Source of the DNA: Myxococcota bacterium
Lineage (GTDB): Bacteria > Myxococcota_A > Polyangia > Polyangiales > Polyangiaceae
Reading direction: 5' to 3'
NCBI GenBank assembly: GCA_022703255.1
Contig: JAKLDZ010000001.1
Location: 1-45,798 of the forward strand
Length of the DNA: 45,798 nucleotides
Below the pieces are notes generated by a model. It had not been told where the DNA came from and searched no databases. It worked only from the letters and a program-made list of their open reading frames with translations. This document shows positions 26,865-36,409 of this stretch, piece by piece. Positions within the stretch are counted from its first letter, which is position 1. Each line of letters opens with the position of its first letter. A program made the position numbers and the translations under genes.

Positions 26865-27968
26865 TCAGGCCAGCAGCGCTCGCATCCCGGCCAGGAACCG
26901 TTCGTTGTCCTCGCGCAGTCCGGGGCTCACGCGGATCGCGTTCGGCATGCCGTAGCCGCCCATGGGACGCACGATCACGCCTTTCTTCTGCAGCTCGAGG
27001 AAGAGCCACGAGGCGTCCTTCGGCGTGTCGATGAGCAGGAAGTTGGTCTGCGAGGGGGGAACGGTGACGGGCAGCGAGGCGAGTCCGTCGCGAAGGAACT
27101 GGATCTCGACGCGATTGAACTCCCGGGAGCGCTCCACGAACTCGACGTCGTCGAGCGCTGCCATGGCGCCTTCCTGTGCGACCAGGCTGGCGTTGAAGGG
27201 GATGCGGCAGGTCATCAAGCCGCCGAGGATGTCCTTGGGACCGATCGCGTAGCCGACACGGATGCCAGCGAGCCCGAAGGCCTTGCTCATCGTGCGCACG
27301 TAGAGCAGCCGCCGTCCGGTGCGCAGGTGCACCATCGGGTCCGGCATGTCCTGCACCGTCGTGTACTCCTCGTAGGCCGAGTCGTACACCACCAGCACGT
27401 CGCGCGGGATGCTCTCCATGAACGCGTCGAACTCGTCGCGCGTGAACCACGTGCCGGTCGGGTTCGTGGGGTTCGCCAAAAAGACGATCTTCGTGTTTGC
27501 GTCGACCAGCTTCGCCATCGCCCCGAGGTCGTAGCGATAGCCACCGTCGATCATCGGGGCGAAGCGGGCGTCGGCGCCGGCCTTGAGGGCGGCGAGGTGG
27601 TAGATCGCGAATGTGCGCTCGGAGGTCACGATGTTGTCGCCTCGCTCGAGGAAGGCGATGGCGCACAGCTCGAGCACCTCGACGGAACCCGCCGCGGCGA
27701 ACACGTTTTCCATGTCGACGCCGTAGCGAGCGGCGAGCTTCTTTCGGAAGAGGAACGCATTGTCGTCGGGATAGAGGCTGACCTCTTCGATCGCCTTGCG
27801 CATGGCGACGAGCGCCTTGGGCGAGGTCCCCAAGGGGTTCTCGTTCGACGCCAGCTTGGCGATACGGCCGGTGAGGCCAAGCTCGCGGCGCACCTCCTCG
27901 ATCGGCTTGCCAGCGACGTAGGGCTTGAAGGCACGAAGCGGTTCGCGGAGCAGGTTCTTCTCGGGCAC
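26865..27968 (-). CDS. hisC: histidinol-phosphate aminotransferase
   Basis: LASNENPLGTSP, FLANPTNPTG and RTMSKAFGLAGIRVGY (PLP lysine) motifs. I prefer the GTG start at 27968, which has GAGG 6 nt upstream; the ORF extends to ATG 28061. Confidence 0.85.
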   Translation of the reverse strand: MPEKNLLREPLRAFKPYVAGKPIEEVRRELGLTGRIAKLASNENPLGTSPKALVAMRKAIEEVSLYPDDNAFLFRKKLAARYGVDMENVFAAAGSVEVLELCAIAFLERGDNIVTSERTFAIYHLAALKAGADARFAPMIDGGYRYDLGAMAKLVDANTKIVFLANPTNPTGTWFTRDEFDAFMESIPRDVLVVYDSAYEEYTTVQDMPDPMVHLRTGRRLLYVRTMSKAFGLAGIRVGYAIGPKDILGGLMTCRIPFNASLVAQEGAMAALDDVEFVERSREFNRVEIQFLRDGLASLPVTVPPSQTNFLLIDTPKDASWLFLELQKKGVIVRPMGGYGMPNAIRVSPGLREDNERFLAGMRALLA

Positions 27969-28106
27969 GGCAACCTCGCGGTTCGGGCTTTGGGACCGCG
28001 CCGAGCATACTGCGACCCCCGTCGTCAAGTCGACACCCCCGAGCCCGCTCCCATGCCTCATTCACCCGCTTCCGTTCCGCTGCCCGTTCGCCTATGACCC
28101 CCTTTC

Positions 28107-28376
28107 ATGGCGGACAAGATCAGCAAGGAAACCCTCCGCGCCCAGCTCCTGGAGCTGTTTTCGAAGCACGCCCAGACTGGCACCACCACGACCGAGCAGA
28201 GCCACATCACCGGTGACCTCGCCATCGACTCCCTCGCGGTCATGGAAATCGTGGCCGAGATCGAGGACACCTACGAGGTCTCCTTCCCCGACGACGCCCT
28301 GCCGTCCATTCGCACCGTCGGGGATGTGATCCGCGCCCTCTCGGCCCACCTCGAGAAGGAAGGCAGGCTCGCTTGA
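28107..28376 (+). CDS. acyl carrier protein
   Basis: 89 aa with the phosphopantetheine attachment motif GDLAIDSLAVMEIV. Confidence 0.85.
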   Translation: MADKISKETLRAQLLELFSKHAQTGTTTTEQSHITGDLAIDSLAVMEIVAEIEDTYEVSFPDDALPSIRTVGDVIRALSAHLEKEGRLA

Positions 28377-30166
28377 GCGCTCCTCCGCAGAGCCTCGCCG
28401 ACGCCGTCGAGCGGCTCGCTTCGGTCCACGATCGGGGCTACCGCTTCGTGCTCGACGACAAGTTCGGCGATCGCTTCATGTCCTTCTCCGAGCTGGAGCG
28501 GACGACCGGGCGTCTGGCTGGTGCGCTTCAGGAGCTGGGGCTGGTCAAAGGCGACCGCGCAGCGTTGATACTGCCCGACAACGACGCCTTCGTGACGACG
28601 TTCATCGCGGCGTTGCGCGCGGGGATCGTTCCGGTGCCGATCTATCCTCCGACAGGCCTCGGCCAGCTTGCGGGCTACCTCGACAACACCCGGCACATCA
28701 TCGATCGGAGCGGCTCGCGCGTCGTGATCACGACCACTGTGATCAAGCAGCTCCTCGGATCGGTGCAGGCGGCTTGCCCCGCCCTCGAGCGCGTCGTCGC
28801 CCAGCCCTCCCTGGCCGACTCGACCGCGCCCTTCCGGCCCGAGCGCATCGGTCACGACGACACGGCGTTCCTGCAGTTCACCAGCGGCTCGACCTCTCGC
28901 CCCAAAGGCGTGGTGCTCACGCACGCGAACCTGCTTGCCAACGCGCACAACATCATCGATCTCGGCCTTGGGGCCACGCCGGGCAACGACGCGGGCGTCA
29001 CCTGGTTGCCGCTGTTCCACGACATGGGGCTGATCGGCTTCGTGTTGGCGCCGCTGCTCGACGGCATCAGCGTGACCTTCATGTCGCCGCTGATGTTCCT
29101 GAAGCGACCGGCGACCTGGCTGCAGGGAATGTCTCGCTACAAGGGCACGATCTCCTTCGGCCCCAACTTCGCCTACGCCCTTGCGGTCAAGCGGACCAAG
29201 GAGCGCGAGCTCGAAGGGGTCGACCTTTCCGCTTGGCGCGTGGCCGGCTGCGGCGCCGAACCCATCCGTGCCGAAACACTCGAGTCGTTCGCGTCCACCT
29301 TCGCCTCCAGGGGGTTCCGCAAAGACGCATTCCTCCCCGCCTACGGCATGGCCGAGTCCACCCTCGCCATCTCCTTCGACAGGGGGCTTCACACCGACCG
29401 GGTGCGAGCATCGGCTCTCTGGGCCGAGGGGCGCGCCGAGCCGGTGGGCAACGACGAGGACGACTCGCTGCGTCTGGTCGGCTGCGGCAAGTCCTTCGAG
29501 GGGCACGAGGTGGGCGTGTTCGCCCTCGACGACGACAAGAGCGAGCGCCGTCTGCCCGACCGCTCCGTCGGCGAGCTGCGCCTGCGGGGACCGTCGGTCA
29601 CCTCCGGCTACTTCGACGACGCCGAGCGCACGGCGGAAGCTTTTGCCGGCGGGTGGCTGCGCACGGGTGATCTCGGATACCTCGCCGACGGCGCCGTGTT
29701 CATCTGCGGCAGGTCCAAGGAAGTCGTCATCGTCAACGGACGCAACTTCTATCCGCAGGACATCGAGTGGGAGGCGAGCCAGATCGACGGCGTGCGCAAG
29801 GGCAACGTGGTGTGTTTCGGGTCCGGGGACACGAGCTCGGATCGAGAGCAGGTCGTGCTCGCCTACGAGACCGCCATCGAGGATCCGGAGCAGCGCAAGC
29901 GCATTGGCAACGACATCCGATCGCGTGTGCAGGATGCCGTCGGCGTGGCGCTCGACGACGTCGTCGCCGTGGACCCCGGCGTGCTCCCCAAGACCTCGAG
30001 CGGCAAGCTCCAGCGCACCAAGGCGCGCGAGCTGTACGAGTCGGGCGAGCTGGTCGACCGACGCAGCGCTCGAGAGGTGGACCGGCTCGATCAGGTCAAG
30101 ACCCTGGCGCGCAGCCAGCTCGACTACCTCAAGCTCTCCTTGTTCGGAAACCGCAAGAAGCAGTAG
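28373..30166 (+). CDS. fatty acyl-AMP ligase (FAAL, FadD32-like adenylating enzyme)
   Basis: FLQFTSGSTSRPKGVVLTHANL, WLPLFHDMGLIG, GYFDD and TGDLGY motifs. The C-terminal KTSSGKLQR is typical of AMP-binding enzymes. The TTG start overlaps the ACP stop. Confidence 0.9.
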   Translation: MSAPPQSLADAVERLASVHDRGYRFVLDDKFGDRFMSFSELERTTGRLAGALQELGLVKGDRAALILPDNDAFVTTFIAALRAGIVPVPIYPPTGLGQLAGYLDNTRHIIDRSGSRVVITTTVIKQLLGSVQAACPALERVVAQPSLADSTAPFRPERIGHDDTAFLQFTSGSTSRPKGVVLTHANLLANAHNIIDLGLGATPGNDAGVTWLPLFHDMGLIGFVLAPLLDGISVTFMSPLMFLKRPATWLQGMSRYKGTISFGPNFAYALAVKRTKERELEGVDLSAWRVAGCGAEPIRAETLESFASTFASRGFRKDAFLPAYGMAESTLAISFDRGLHTDRVRASALWAEGRAEPVGNDEDDSLRLVGCGKSFEGHEVGVFALDDDKSERRLPDRSVGELRLRGPSVTSGYFDDAERTAEAFAGGWLRTGDLGYLADGAVFICGRSKEVVIVNGRNFYPQDIEWEASQIDGVRKGNVVCFGSGDTSSDREQVVLAYETAIEDPEQRKRIGNDIRSRVQDAVGVALDDVVAVDPGVLPKTSSGKLQRTKARELYESGELVDRRSAREVDRLDQVKTLARSQLDYLKLSLFGNRKKQ

Positions 30167-30292
30167 GAGCAGCCCGCGGCGCTACTCCGAGGCCAGCGCG
30201 GCCAGAAACGCCGGTGTGTCGAAGACCTTCTCCAGCTTCGTGCGCCAGGCGGCCGGGTCGGTCCGATCGGAGGGCGGCGTCAGCCGCTGTCG

Positions 30293-30865
30293 TCAGCGCC
30301 GTGGCGCCTTCGTGCCCGCCTCGAGTCGCTCTCCGGTCGCGAGGAAGGTGCTCCCGGACACGTGGTGAAAGGTCCGCTTCTGCGTTGACCCGAATGCCCA
30401 CTTGCCGTCCCGGAAGACCTCGTCATCCGCCCAGGCCGCCACTACCTCGGCCACCAACACCCCGTGCTCCTTCTGCATCGAATCGTCTCTGATCAGCTTG
30501 CACTCCAGCCAGCCGATGCACGACTCGATCAACGGAGCCGCCACCCGCGACCCGTCCACCGTGCGCAGCCCGAGGCGCTGCAGCTTGTCCACCTCGCGGC
30601 CCGACAGGTTCCCCGCCTCGTGAACCTGCTCGATCATGTCCACCGTCGGCAGGTTGACCACGAGCTCCCCTGTCGCCATCACGTTCTCGAACGTCAGCGA
30701 ATCGCTCCCGATCACCAGCGCCACGCGCGGCGGGTCGGTGTCTACGGGCATGACCCAGGAGGCCGCCATCACGTTCGGCTTGCCGCCGGAACGAGTGGTG
30801 ATGAGGGTCACGGGACCGTGGTTGACGAGTCGATAGCTCCTGGTCGGTTCGATCGCTACGCGCAT
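30293..30865 (-). CDS. flavin reductase family protein (FMN-binding split barrel)
   Basis: ATG 30865 within ORF 30293..32242. VTLITTRSGGKPNVMAASWVMPVDTDPPRVALVIG...LIESCIGWLECKL is typical of Flavin_Reduct proteins. 190 aa. Confidence 0.85.
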   Translation of the reverse strand: MRVAIEPTRSYRLVNHGPVTLITTRSGGKPNVMAASWVMPVDTDPPRVALVIGSDSLTFENVMATGELVVNLPTVDMIEQVHEAGNLSGREVDKLQRLGLRTVDGSRVAAPLIESCIGWLECKLIRDDSMQKEHGVLVAEVVAAWADDEVFRDGKWAFGSTQKRTFHHVSGSTFLATGERLEAGTKAPRR

Positions 30866-30889
30866 GGTGGGAAACGATAGCGCGAGTCG

Positions 30890-30915
30890 GGCGCATCGGG
30901 ACAGCACGATGCGCC
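30890..30915. promoter_or_regulatory. perfect 9-bp inverted repeat in a divergent promoter region
   Basis: GGCGCATCG-N8-CGATGCGCC lies between the flavin reductase start (30865) and the aminotransferase start (31013). Confidence 0.35.
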
Positions 30916-31012
30916 TGGGGCGTGCGCGGAGCGCGGGAGCCGCGCCGACGGCGAGAAGTTGGCGCTGCGAGCTGGCCGCTTCACGTCCGGAGCGGTACGC
31001 TTCCATCAGGTC

Positions 31013-32467
31013 ATGAGCGTCGTCATCCCCCTCAAGAAAGCCGCACGCGCCCGCAAGACGAGGCGCCGCAAGGGGTCCAGCGCGAACGGCACGTCCGCAG
31101 GGGCTACGCCCCGGGTTCCGTCGCGCGGGTCCCTCAAGAAGCTCATCGACGAGAGCCGGCGTTGGCTGGCGATCATCAATGCGCACAAGCTCAACGAGTA
31201 CCGCCGGCGCAAGGTCGTGAGCGACACGATCGACAACTTCAGGCTCTACTACAACAAGGGCTACCTCGAGTACCGCAAGTCGGTGACCGAGGGGGGCCAG
31301 TTCGCCGCGATCGAGTGGAGCGGGCGCGGGTCGGTGTTCGAGGACATCACCGGGCGCAAGTTCATCGACTGCCTCGGCGGCTACGGCATCTACAGCGCGG
31401 GCATCAACCATCCCAAGATCGTCCGCGCCGTCCGCTCCCAGCTCGACCGCATGCCGCTGTCGTCGCAGGAGCTGCTCGACCCGTTGCGCGGCGCCCTCGC
31501 GGAGATCCTGGGGGAGCTCGCTCCCGGGGATCTGCAATGCTGCTTCTTCATCAACAACGGCACCGACGCGGTCGAAGGGGCGATGAAGCTGGCGCGAATG
31601 TACACGGGCAAGCCTGGCTTCATCAGCTGCATCCGCGGATTCCACGGCAAGTCCTACGGCTCCCTGTCCCTGATGGGGAAGGCCGAATACCGCGCGCCGT
31701 TCGAGCCGCTGCTGCCGGAGGTGTACTTCGTTCCCTTCAACGACGCCGAGGCGGTGGACGACGAGCTGAACAAGGCAGAGGCGGTGGGCAAGGAGATCGC
31801 CGCGGTCGTGGTGGAGCCGGTGCAGGGAGAGGCCGGCGCGTACGTGCCCGATCCGGACTACCTGCCCAGGCTGCGGGAGATCTGCACGCGTCACGGCGTG
31901 CTGCTCATTGCCGACGAGGTGCAGACGGGGTTGGGGCGCACCGGGCGGATGTTCGCCGTGGACCACTGGAACGTGGCTCCGGACATCATGTGTCTGGGCA
32001 AGGCCCTGGGCGGCGGCGTGATGCCCCTGTCGGCATTCATGTCCACTCCCGAGATCTGGAAGGTCCTCGAGCCCAATCCCTTCATCCACTCCTCGACCTT
32101 CGGGGGCAATCCGCTCGCGTGCGCCGCAGGCATCGCCGCGCTCAACGTGACCCTCGAGGAGGATCTGCCCGGCCAGGCCGCCGCCATGGGCGAGTACCTG
32201 CTGGGCGAGCTGCGCGCCCTGAGGAAGCGGTATCCGGAGCACCTGATCGACGTTCGCGGCCTGGGCCTGCTGATTGGCATGGAGTTCGTCGACACCGACT
32301 TCGGCTATGCCGTGGCGGCTGGGCTGTTCCGGCGCGGCGTGCTCGTGGCCGGAACGCTGCTCAGCGCCAAGACGCTGCGCATCGAGCCGGCGTTGAACAT
32401 CCCGAAGGCGCTGGTCGACGAGATGCTGGACAAGCTCGAGGATACGTTGAAGGAGCTGACGGAGTAG
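31013..32467 (+). CDS. patA: class III aminotransferase, putrescine aminotransferase (PatA/YgjG)-like
   Basis: Collinear with my recollection of E. coli PatA: GYLEYRKSVTEGGQFAAIEW, FIDCLGGYGI, SQELLDPLR, DEVQTGLGRTG, LGKALGGGVMP, STFGGNPLACAA and VLVAGTLLSAKTLRIEP. Confidence 0.85.
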   Translation: MSVVIPLKKAARARKTRRRKGSSANGTSAGATPRVPSRGSLKKLIDESRRWLAIINAHKLNEYRRRKVVSDTIDNFRLYYNKGYLEYRKSVTEGGQFAAIEWSGRGSVFEDITGRKFIDCLGGYGIYSAGINHPKIVRAVRSQLDRMPLSSQELLDPLRGALAEILGELAPGDLQCCFFINNGTDAVEGAMKLARMYTGKPGFISCIRGFHGKSYGSLSLMGKAEYRAPFEPLLPEVYFVPFNDAEAVDDELNKAEAVGKEIAAVVVEPVQGEAGAYVPDPDYLPRLREICTRHGVLLIADEVQTGLGRTGRMFAVDHWNVAPDIMCLGKALGGGVMPLSAFMSTPEIWKVLEPNPFIHSSTFGGNPLACAAGIAALNVTLEEDLPGQAAAMGEYLLGELRALRKRYPEHLIDVRGLGLLIGMEFVDTDFGYAVAAGLFRRGVLVAGTLLSAKTLRIEPALNIPKALVDEMLDKLEDTLKELTE

Positions 32468-32476
32468 GGGAGGGGA

Positions 32477-32974
32477 TTAGCGGGCGGGCTGCTCGAGGAG
32501 CTTCTTGCGCGTGTAGGGGACCAGGCCCCCGGCGTCGATGATCGCCTGGCGCGCGGGCGGCAGCGGCACCGTGGCGAACTGCTTGCCCGTGGTCTTGTTG
32601 ACCACCTTGCCCTCGGCCAGCTCGAGCTCGTCTCCCTCGCTCGCCTCGATCGTCGGGCAGATGATCAGGCTGAGCCCGAGGTTGATCGCGTTCTGCATGA
32701 AGATCCGCGCGATGCTGCGTGCGACCACGTTCAGCTCGTGACCGCGGATCGCGCTCGCCGCCTGCTCGCGGCTCGACCCGCACCCGAAGTTCTCGTCGGC
32801 CACCACGAAGCTTCCGGGCGCGATCTGCTTGGAGTTCAGACGTGCGTTGAACTCCGTGCGATCGTGGAAGCAGAACTGCGGGGTTTCCGTAGGCAGCACC
32901 GTGGCCATGAACCTGCCGGGGTAGATGTCATCGGTGCTGATGTCCCTGCCGAGCTTCAATACGACCTTGCCCAT
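32477..32974 (-). CDS. aconitase-family dehydratase small subunit (LeuD-like)
   Basis: ATG 32974. DISTDDIYPGRF...ADENFGCGSSREQAASAI. 165 aa. It begins 2 nt after the large-subunit stop. Confidence 0.85.
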   Translation of the reverse strand: MGKVVLKLGRDISTDDIYPGRFMATVLPTETPQFCFHDRTEFNARLNSKQIAPGSFVVADENFGCGSSREQAASAIRGHELNVVARSIARIFMQNAINLGLSLIICPTIEASEGDELELAEGKVVNKTTGKQFATVPLPPARQAIIDAGGLVPYTRKKLLEQPAR

Positions 32975-32976
32975 TT

Positions 32977-34269
32977 TCAACGTCCTCCCGCGCGTGGATC
33001 GGTGATGACACCGGTGATGGCGCTGGCCGCGGCCACGGCCGGGCTGCACAGGTAGACCTCCGACTTCGGATTGCCCATCCGCCCCTTGAAGTTGCGGTTC
33101 GTCGTGGCGAGCGCCACTTCGCCGTCTCCGAGCGCTCCCTGGTGAACACCGAGACACGGTCCGCAGCCGGGGTTCATCACCACCGCTCCGGCCTTCATGA
33201 AGGTCTTGAGATAGCCGGCCTCGAGCGCCTGGGCGTAGATGCGTCCCGACGCCGGGAACACCAGCATCCGGGTCCCCTCGGCCACCTTCTTGCCCTCCAG
33301 AATGCGAGCCGCGGCCGCCAGATCGTCGAGCCGCCCGTTGGTGCAGGAGCCGATCACGATCTGCTGGAGCGCCTTGCCCGCGACCTGCTGCACGGGCTTG
33401 ACGTTGTCCACCGTGTGCGGGCACGCAATCTGCGGCTCGAGCTTCGACACGTCGATCTCCAACACCGACTCGTACACCGCGTCGGCGTCGGGAAGCACCC
33501 GATCGATCGGATCGGTCACGCCGGCCTCCGTGCGCAGGTATCGCTCGGTTTCGTCATCGGCGGGGACGATGCCGCTGGTGGCTCCGGCCTCGACGCTCAT
33601 GTTGCAGATCACGAGGCGTCCGCTGGTGGACATGGCGGTGATGGTTTCGCCGTGGAACTCGAGGACGCGGAAGTTGGCGCCCTGCGCGGTGAGCTTGCCG
33701 ATGATGTGGAGGATGAGGTCCTTGGGGCCGACGAACTCGGGGAAGCGACCGCGCACGACGACCTTGATGGTGGGCGGGACTTCGATGTTGAGAGCGACAC
33801 CGAGGGCCCAGACCGAGGCCATTTCGGTGGCGCCGATTCCGAAGGAGAAGGCTCCGAGGGCGCCGTGGCTGGTGGTGTGGCTGTCGGTTCCGACGACGAC
33901 GCTGCCGGGGCGGACGTAGCCGTATTCGGGGAGGATCTGGTGGCAGATGCCGCCGCGGTCCCCGCGGATGTCGTGGAACTTGCAGATGCCGTGCTGCGCC
34001 GCGAAGCCGCGGATCATCTTGTGGTTGGTCGCCGTCTTGGGGCCTTCGGCCGGCACACGGTGATCGAAGATGAGCGCGATGCGAGAGGGATCCCAGGGCT
34101 TGGGCTCGCGGCCCGTGTCCTTGTAGATCTCCTTGAACTGATTGATGACCAAAGCCCCGTTCTCGTGCGACATGGCGAGATCGACGCGGGGTTCAACCAC
34201 GTCGCCCGCCTTGGTGGCGGGGAGGCCGGCGGCTCGGGCGAGTATCTTCTCGACGACTGTCATTCCCAT
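32977..34269 (-). CDS. aconitase-family dehydratase large subunit (LeuC-like, ~430-aa short type)
   Basis: MTVVEKILARA, GTDSHTTSHGALGAF, GSCTNGRLDDL and NPGCGPCLG (Fe-S cluster cysteines), plus TNRNFKGRMG. Confidence 0.9.
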   Translation of the reverse strand: MGMTVVEKILARAAGLPATKAGDVVEPRVDLAMSHENGALVINQFKEIYKDTGREPKPWDPSRIALIFDHRVPAEGPKTATNHKMIRGFAAQHGICKFHDIRGDRGGICHQILPEYGYVRPGSVVVGTDSHTTSHGALGAFSFGIGATEMASVWALGVALNIEVPPTIKVVVRGRFPEFVGPKDLILHIIGKLTAQGANFRVLEFHGETITAMSTSGRLVICNMSVEAGATSGIVPADDETERYLRTEAGVTDPIDRVLPDADAVYESVLEIDVSKLEPQIACPHTVDNVKPVQQVAGKALQQIVIGSCTNGRLDDLAAAARILEGKKVAEGTRMLVFPASGRIYAQALEAGYLKTFMKAGAVVMNPGCGPCLGVHQGALGDGEVALATTNRNFKGRMGNPKSEVYLCSPAVAAASAITGVITDPRAGGR

Positions 34270-34291
34270 TGGGACACCTCGTGGGTGGGTT

Positions 34292-35497
34292 TCAGATCAC
34301 GGCCTTCTGCTTGAGCTCGGCGAGGCGAGCCTCGTCGTAGCCGAGTTGGCCCAGGATTTCTGCGTTGTGCTGGCCCAGCGTCGGAGGCGGCGTCGTCACC
34401 GTCCCCTCCGTCCGATCGAACAGCGCGGTGAGCCCGAAGACCTCGATGGGCCCCATTCCGGGTACCTCGACCTTCTGCAGCACCCCGCGATGCTCCACCT
34501 GCGGCTGCCGCAGCGCGTCCTTCAAGGACAGGATCTCCCCGCTGGGAACGCCGCGGGCGTTGAGCGCGTCGACCCAGTGCTTCGTGGGCTTCTGCGTCAG
34601 CTTCACCTCCAGCAACGGCGTGAGCTGCTTGCGATTGCGCTTGCGCGTGTCGCGCTCCTGGAAGCGCGGATCGGTCTTGAGCTCCGGCACCTCCAGCACG
34701 TCGCACACCGCCTCCCACTGCTCCTGCTTGTTGGCGGCGATGTTGATGTGACCGTCCTGCGTGACGAACGTGCCGCTCGGCGCCGCGGTGAAGTTGTCAT
34801 TGCCCATCACCACCGGCTCCTGGCCGCCGATGAGCAGATTCGCCGCCACCCAGCCCATCAACGGCATGATCGAGTCGATCAACGCGACGTCGATGAACTG
34901 CCCCTGTCCGGTGCGCTCGCGGTGCAGCAGCCCCGCCATCACGGCGAAGGCCGCGTTCAGGCCGCCCACCGTGTCGCAGACCGGAAAGCCCGCACGCAGC
35001 GGCGACAGACGCTCGTCGCCGTTGATCGCCATCTCGCCCGACAAGCCCTGGATGATCTGGTCATAGGCAGGCTTGTCCGCGTCGGGGCCCGTCTGCCCGA
35101 ACCCCGAGATCGCGCAGTACACCAGCCGCGGATTGATCTCGCGAAGAACCGTGTAGCCGATTCCCAGCCGATCCATGACCCCGGGCCGGAAGTTCTCGAT
35201 CACCACGTCGGCGTCCTTCACGAGCCGCTTGAAGATCTCCTTGCCCTCCGGACTCTTGGTGTTCAGCGTCACCGACTTCTTGTTGCAGTTCTGGGCAAGG
35301 AAGCTCGTGCCCATCAGCCGCTTGTTGTACTCCGGCACAATCCCCAGCTTGCGCGCGAGATCGCCGTCCTTCGGGTTCTCTACCTTGATCACCTCCGCTC
35401 CCAGCAGCGCCAGGTGCAGCGAGGCAAAAGGACCGGAGAGCACGTTGGTCAGGTCCAGAACCTTGATTCCGTCGAGAATGCGAGGCTTGTCGTTCAT
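34292..35497 (-). CDS. family III (CaiB/BaiF) CoA-transferase
   Basis: ILDGIKVLDLTNVLSGPFASLHLALLGAEVIKVENP N-terminus, 401 aa, typical length and architecture. Confidence 0.9.
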   Translation of the reverse strand: MNDKPRILDGIKVLDLTNVLSGPFASLHLALLGAEVIKVENPKDGDLARKLGIVPEYNKRLMGTSFLAQNCNKKSVTLNTKSPEGKEIFKRLVKDADVVIENFRPGVMDRLGIGYTVLREINPRLVYCAISGFGQTGPDADKPAYDQIIQGLSGEMAINGDERLSPLRAGFPVCDTVGGLNAAFAVMAGLLHRERTGQGQFIDVALIDSIMPLMGWVAANLLIGGQEPVVMGNDNFTAAPSGTFVTQDGHINIAANKQEQWEAVCDVLEVPELKTDPRFQERDTRKRNRKQLTPLLEVKLTQKPTKHWVDALNARGVPSGEILSLKDALRQPQVEHRGVLQKVEVPGMGPIEVFGLTALFDRTEGTVTTPPPTLGQHNAEILGQLGYDEARLAELKQKAVI

Positions 35498-35509
35498 GGC
35501 TATTCCTGC

Positions 35510-36409
35510 TCAGTAGGAGAGTGGCCCAGTCTTGTATACCCGGCCCGGAAGCTCCCGTCCGAAGTGACCCGAGACGTCGCGCGCCAACCCGATGAGCGCT
35601 CCCAGGTCGATGCCCTGGCACTGGCCGCGACGCTTCAGCGAATGAACCACGTCTTCCGTGGGGACGTTGCCGGCAGCCACCTTCGTGAAGGGACAGCCTC
35701 CCAAGCCCCCGAAAGCGGTCTCGAAGGTCGTGACGCCGGCCTCGAGGGCAGCGTACACGTTTGCCATTCCGAGCCCGTAGGTGTCGTGGAAGTGGCACGT
35801 GCACTGGATGTCGGACGACAGCTCGAAAAGCGCACCGAACAGGCGCCGGACCTGCTCGGGATAGGCGTGCCCCGCCGTGTCCGCAAGGCTGATGTTGGTC
35901 AGTCCAGCCTCGAGATATGCCTTCACGATCGACAGCACTCGCTCCTCGGGAATCCTCCCCTCGAAGCCGCACCCGAAGGCGCTCTGCACCGACACCTGCA
36001 CGCGCTTGCCGAGCTCCACCGCCCGCTTCGCCGTGGCGATGATCCGACGCTGCGCCTCCTCGGTCCCCATCCCCGTGTTCTTCCGGCTGTGCGTCTCCGA
36101 AGCCGACACGCCCAGGCAGAACATCCCCACGCCGCATGCAAGGCCGCGCTCCAACCCCTTCTCGTTGAGCACCAGCCCCGAGAACACCGCCTTGCCCGCC
36201 CCGCGCTCCGTCAGCGTCCGGAACAACGCGTCCGTGTCCGCCATCTGCGGAACCTTCTCCGGATGCACGAAGGAACCCACCTGGATGATGTCCACTCCCG
36301 AGGATTCGAGTGCGCCAATCCACCCGAGCTTCGTCTCCGTCGGCACCGTGCGCGCCTCGGCCTGCAGCCCGTCGCGAAGCCCGCACTCGTGAATGACGAT
36401 GTCCTTCAT
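35510..36409 (-). CDS. HMG-CoA lyase family (HMGL-like) acyl-CoA lyase
   Basis: ATG 36409 with AGGAG upstream. ECGLRDGLQ, HFHDTYGLGMAN and GGLGGCPF motifs. 299 aa. Confidence 0.9.
   Translation of the reverse strand: MKDIVIHECGLRDGLQAEARTVPTETKLGWIGALESSGVDIIQVGSFVHPEKVPQMADTDALFRTLTERGAGKAVFSGLVLNEKGLERGLACGVGMFCLGVSASETHSRKNTGMGTEEAQRRIIATAKRAVELGKRVQVSVQSAFGCGFEGRIPEERVLSIVKAYLEAGLTNISLADTAGHAYPEQVRRLFGALFELSSDIQCTCHFHDTYGLGMANVYAALEAGVTTFETAFGGLGGCPFTKVAAGNVPTEDVVHSLKRRGQCQGIDLGALIGLARDVSGHFGRELPGRVYKTGPLSY

Noticed and set aside
30293-30295. TGA as a selenocysteine codon in the flavin reductase
   Set aside because: I saw no convincing SECIS-like hairpin immediately 3' of the UGA. The position (…APRR-U-RQRL…) is not a redox motif, and I know of no Sec-containing members of this family. 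I kept only the weaker readthrough-or-relic observation.
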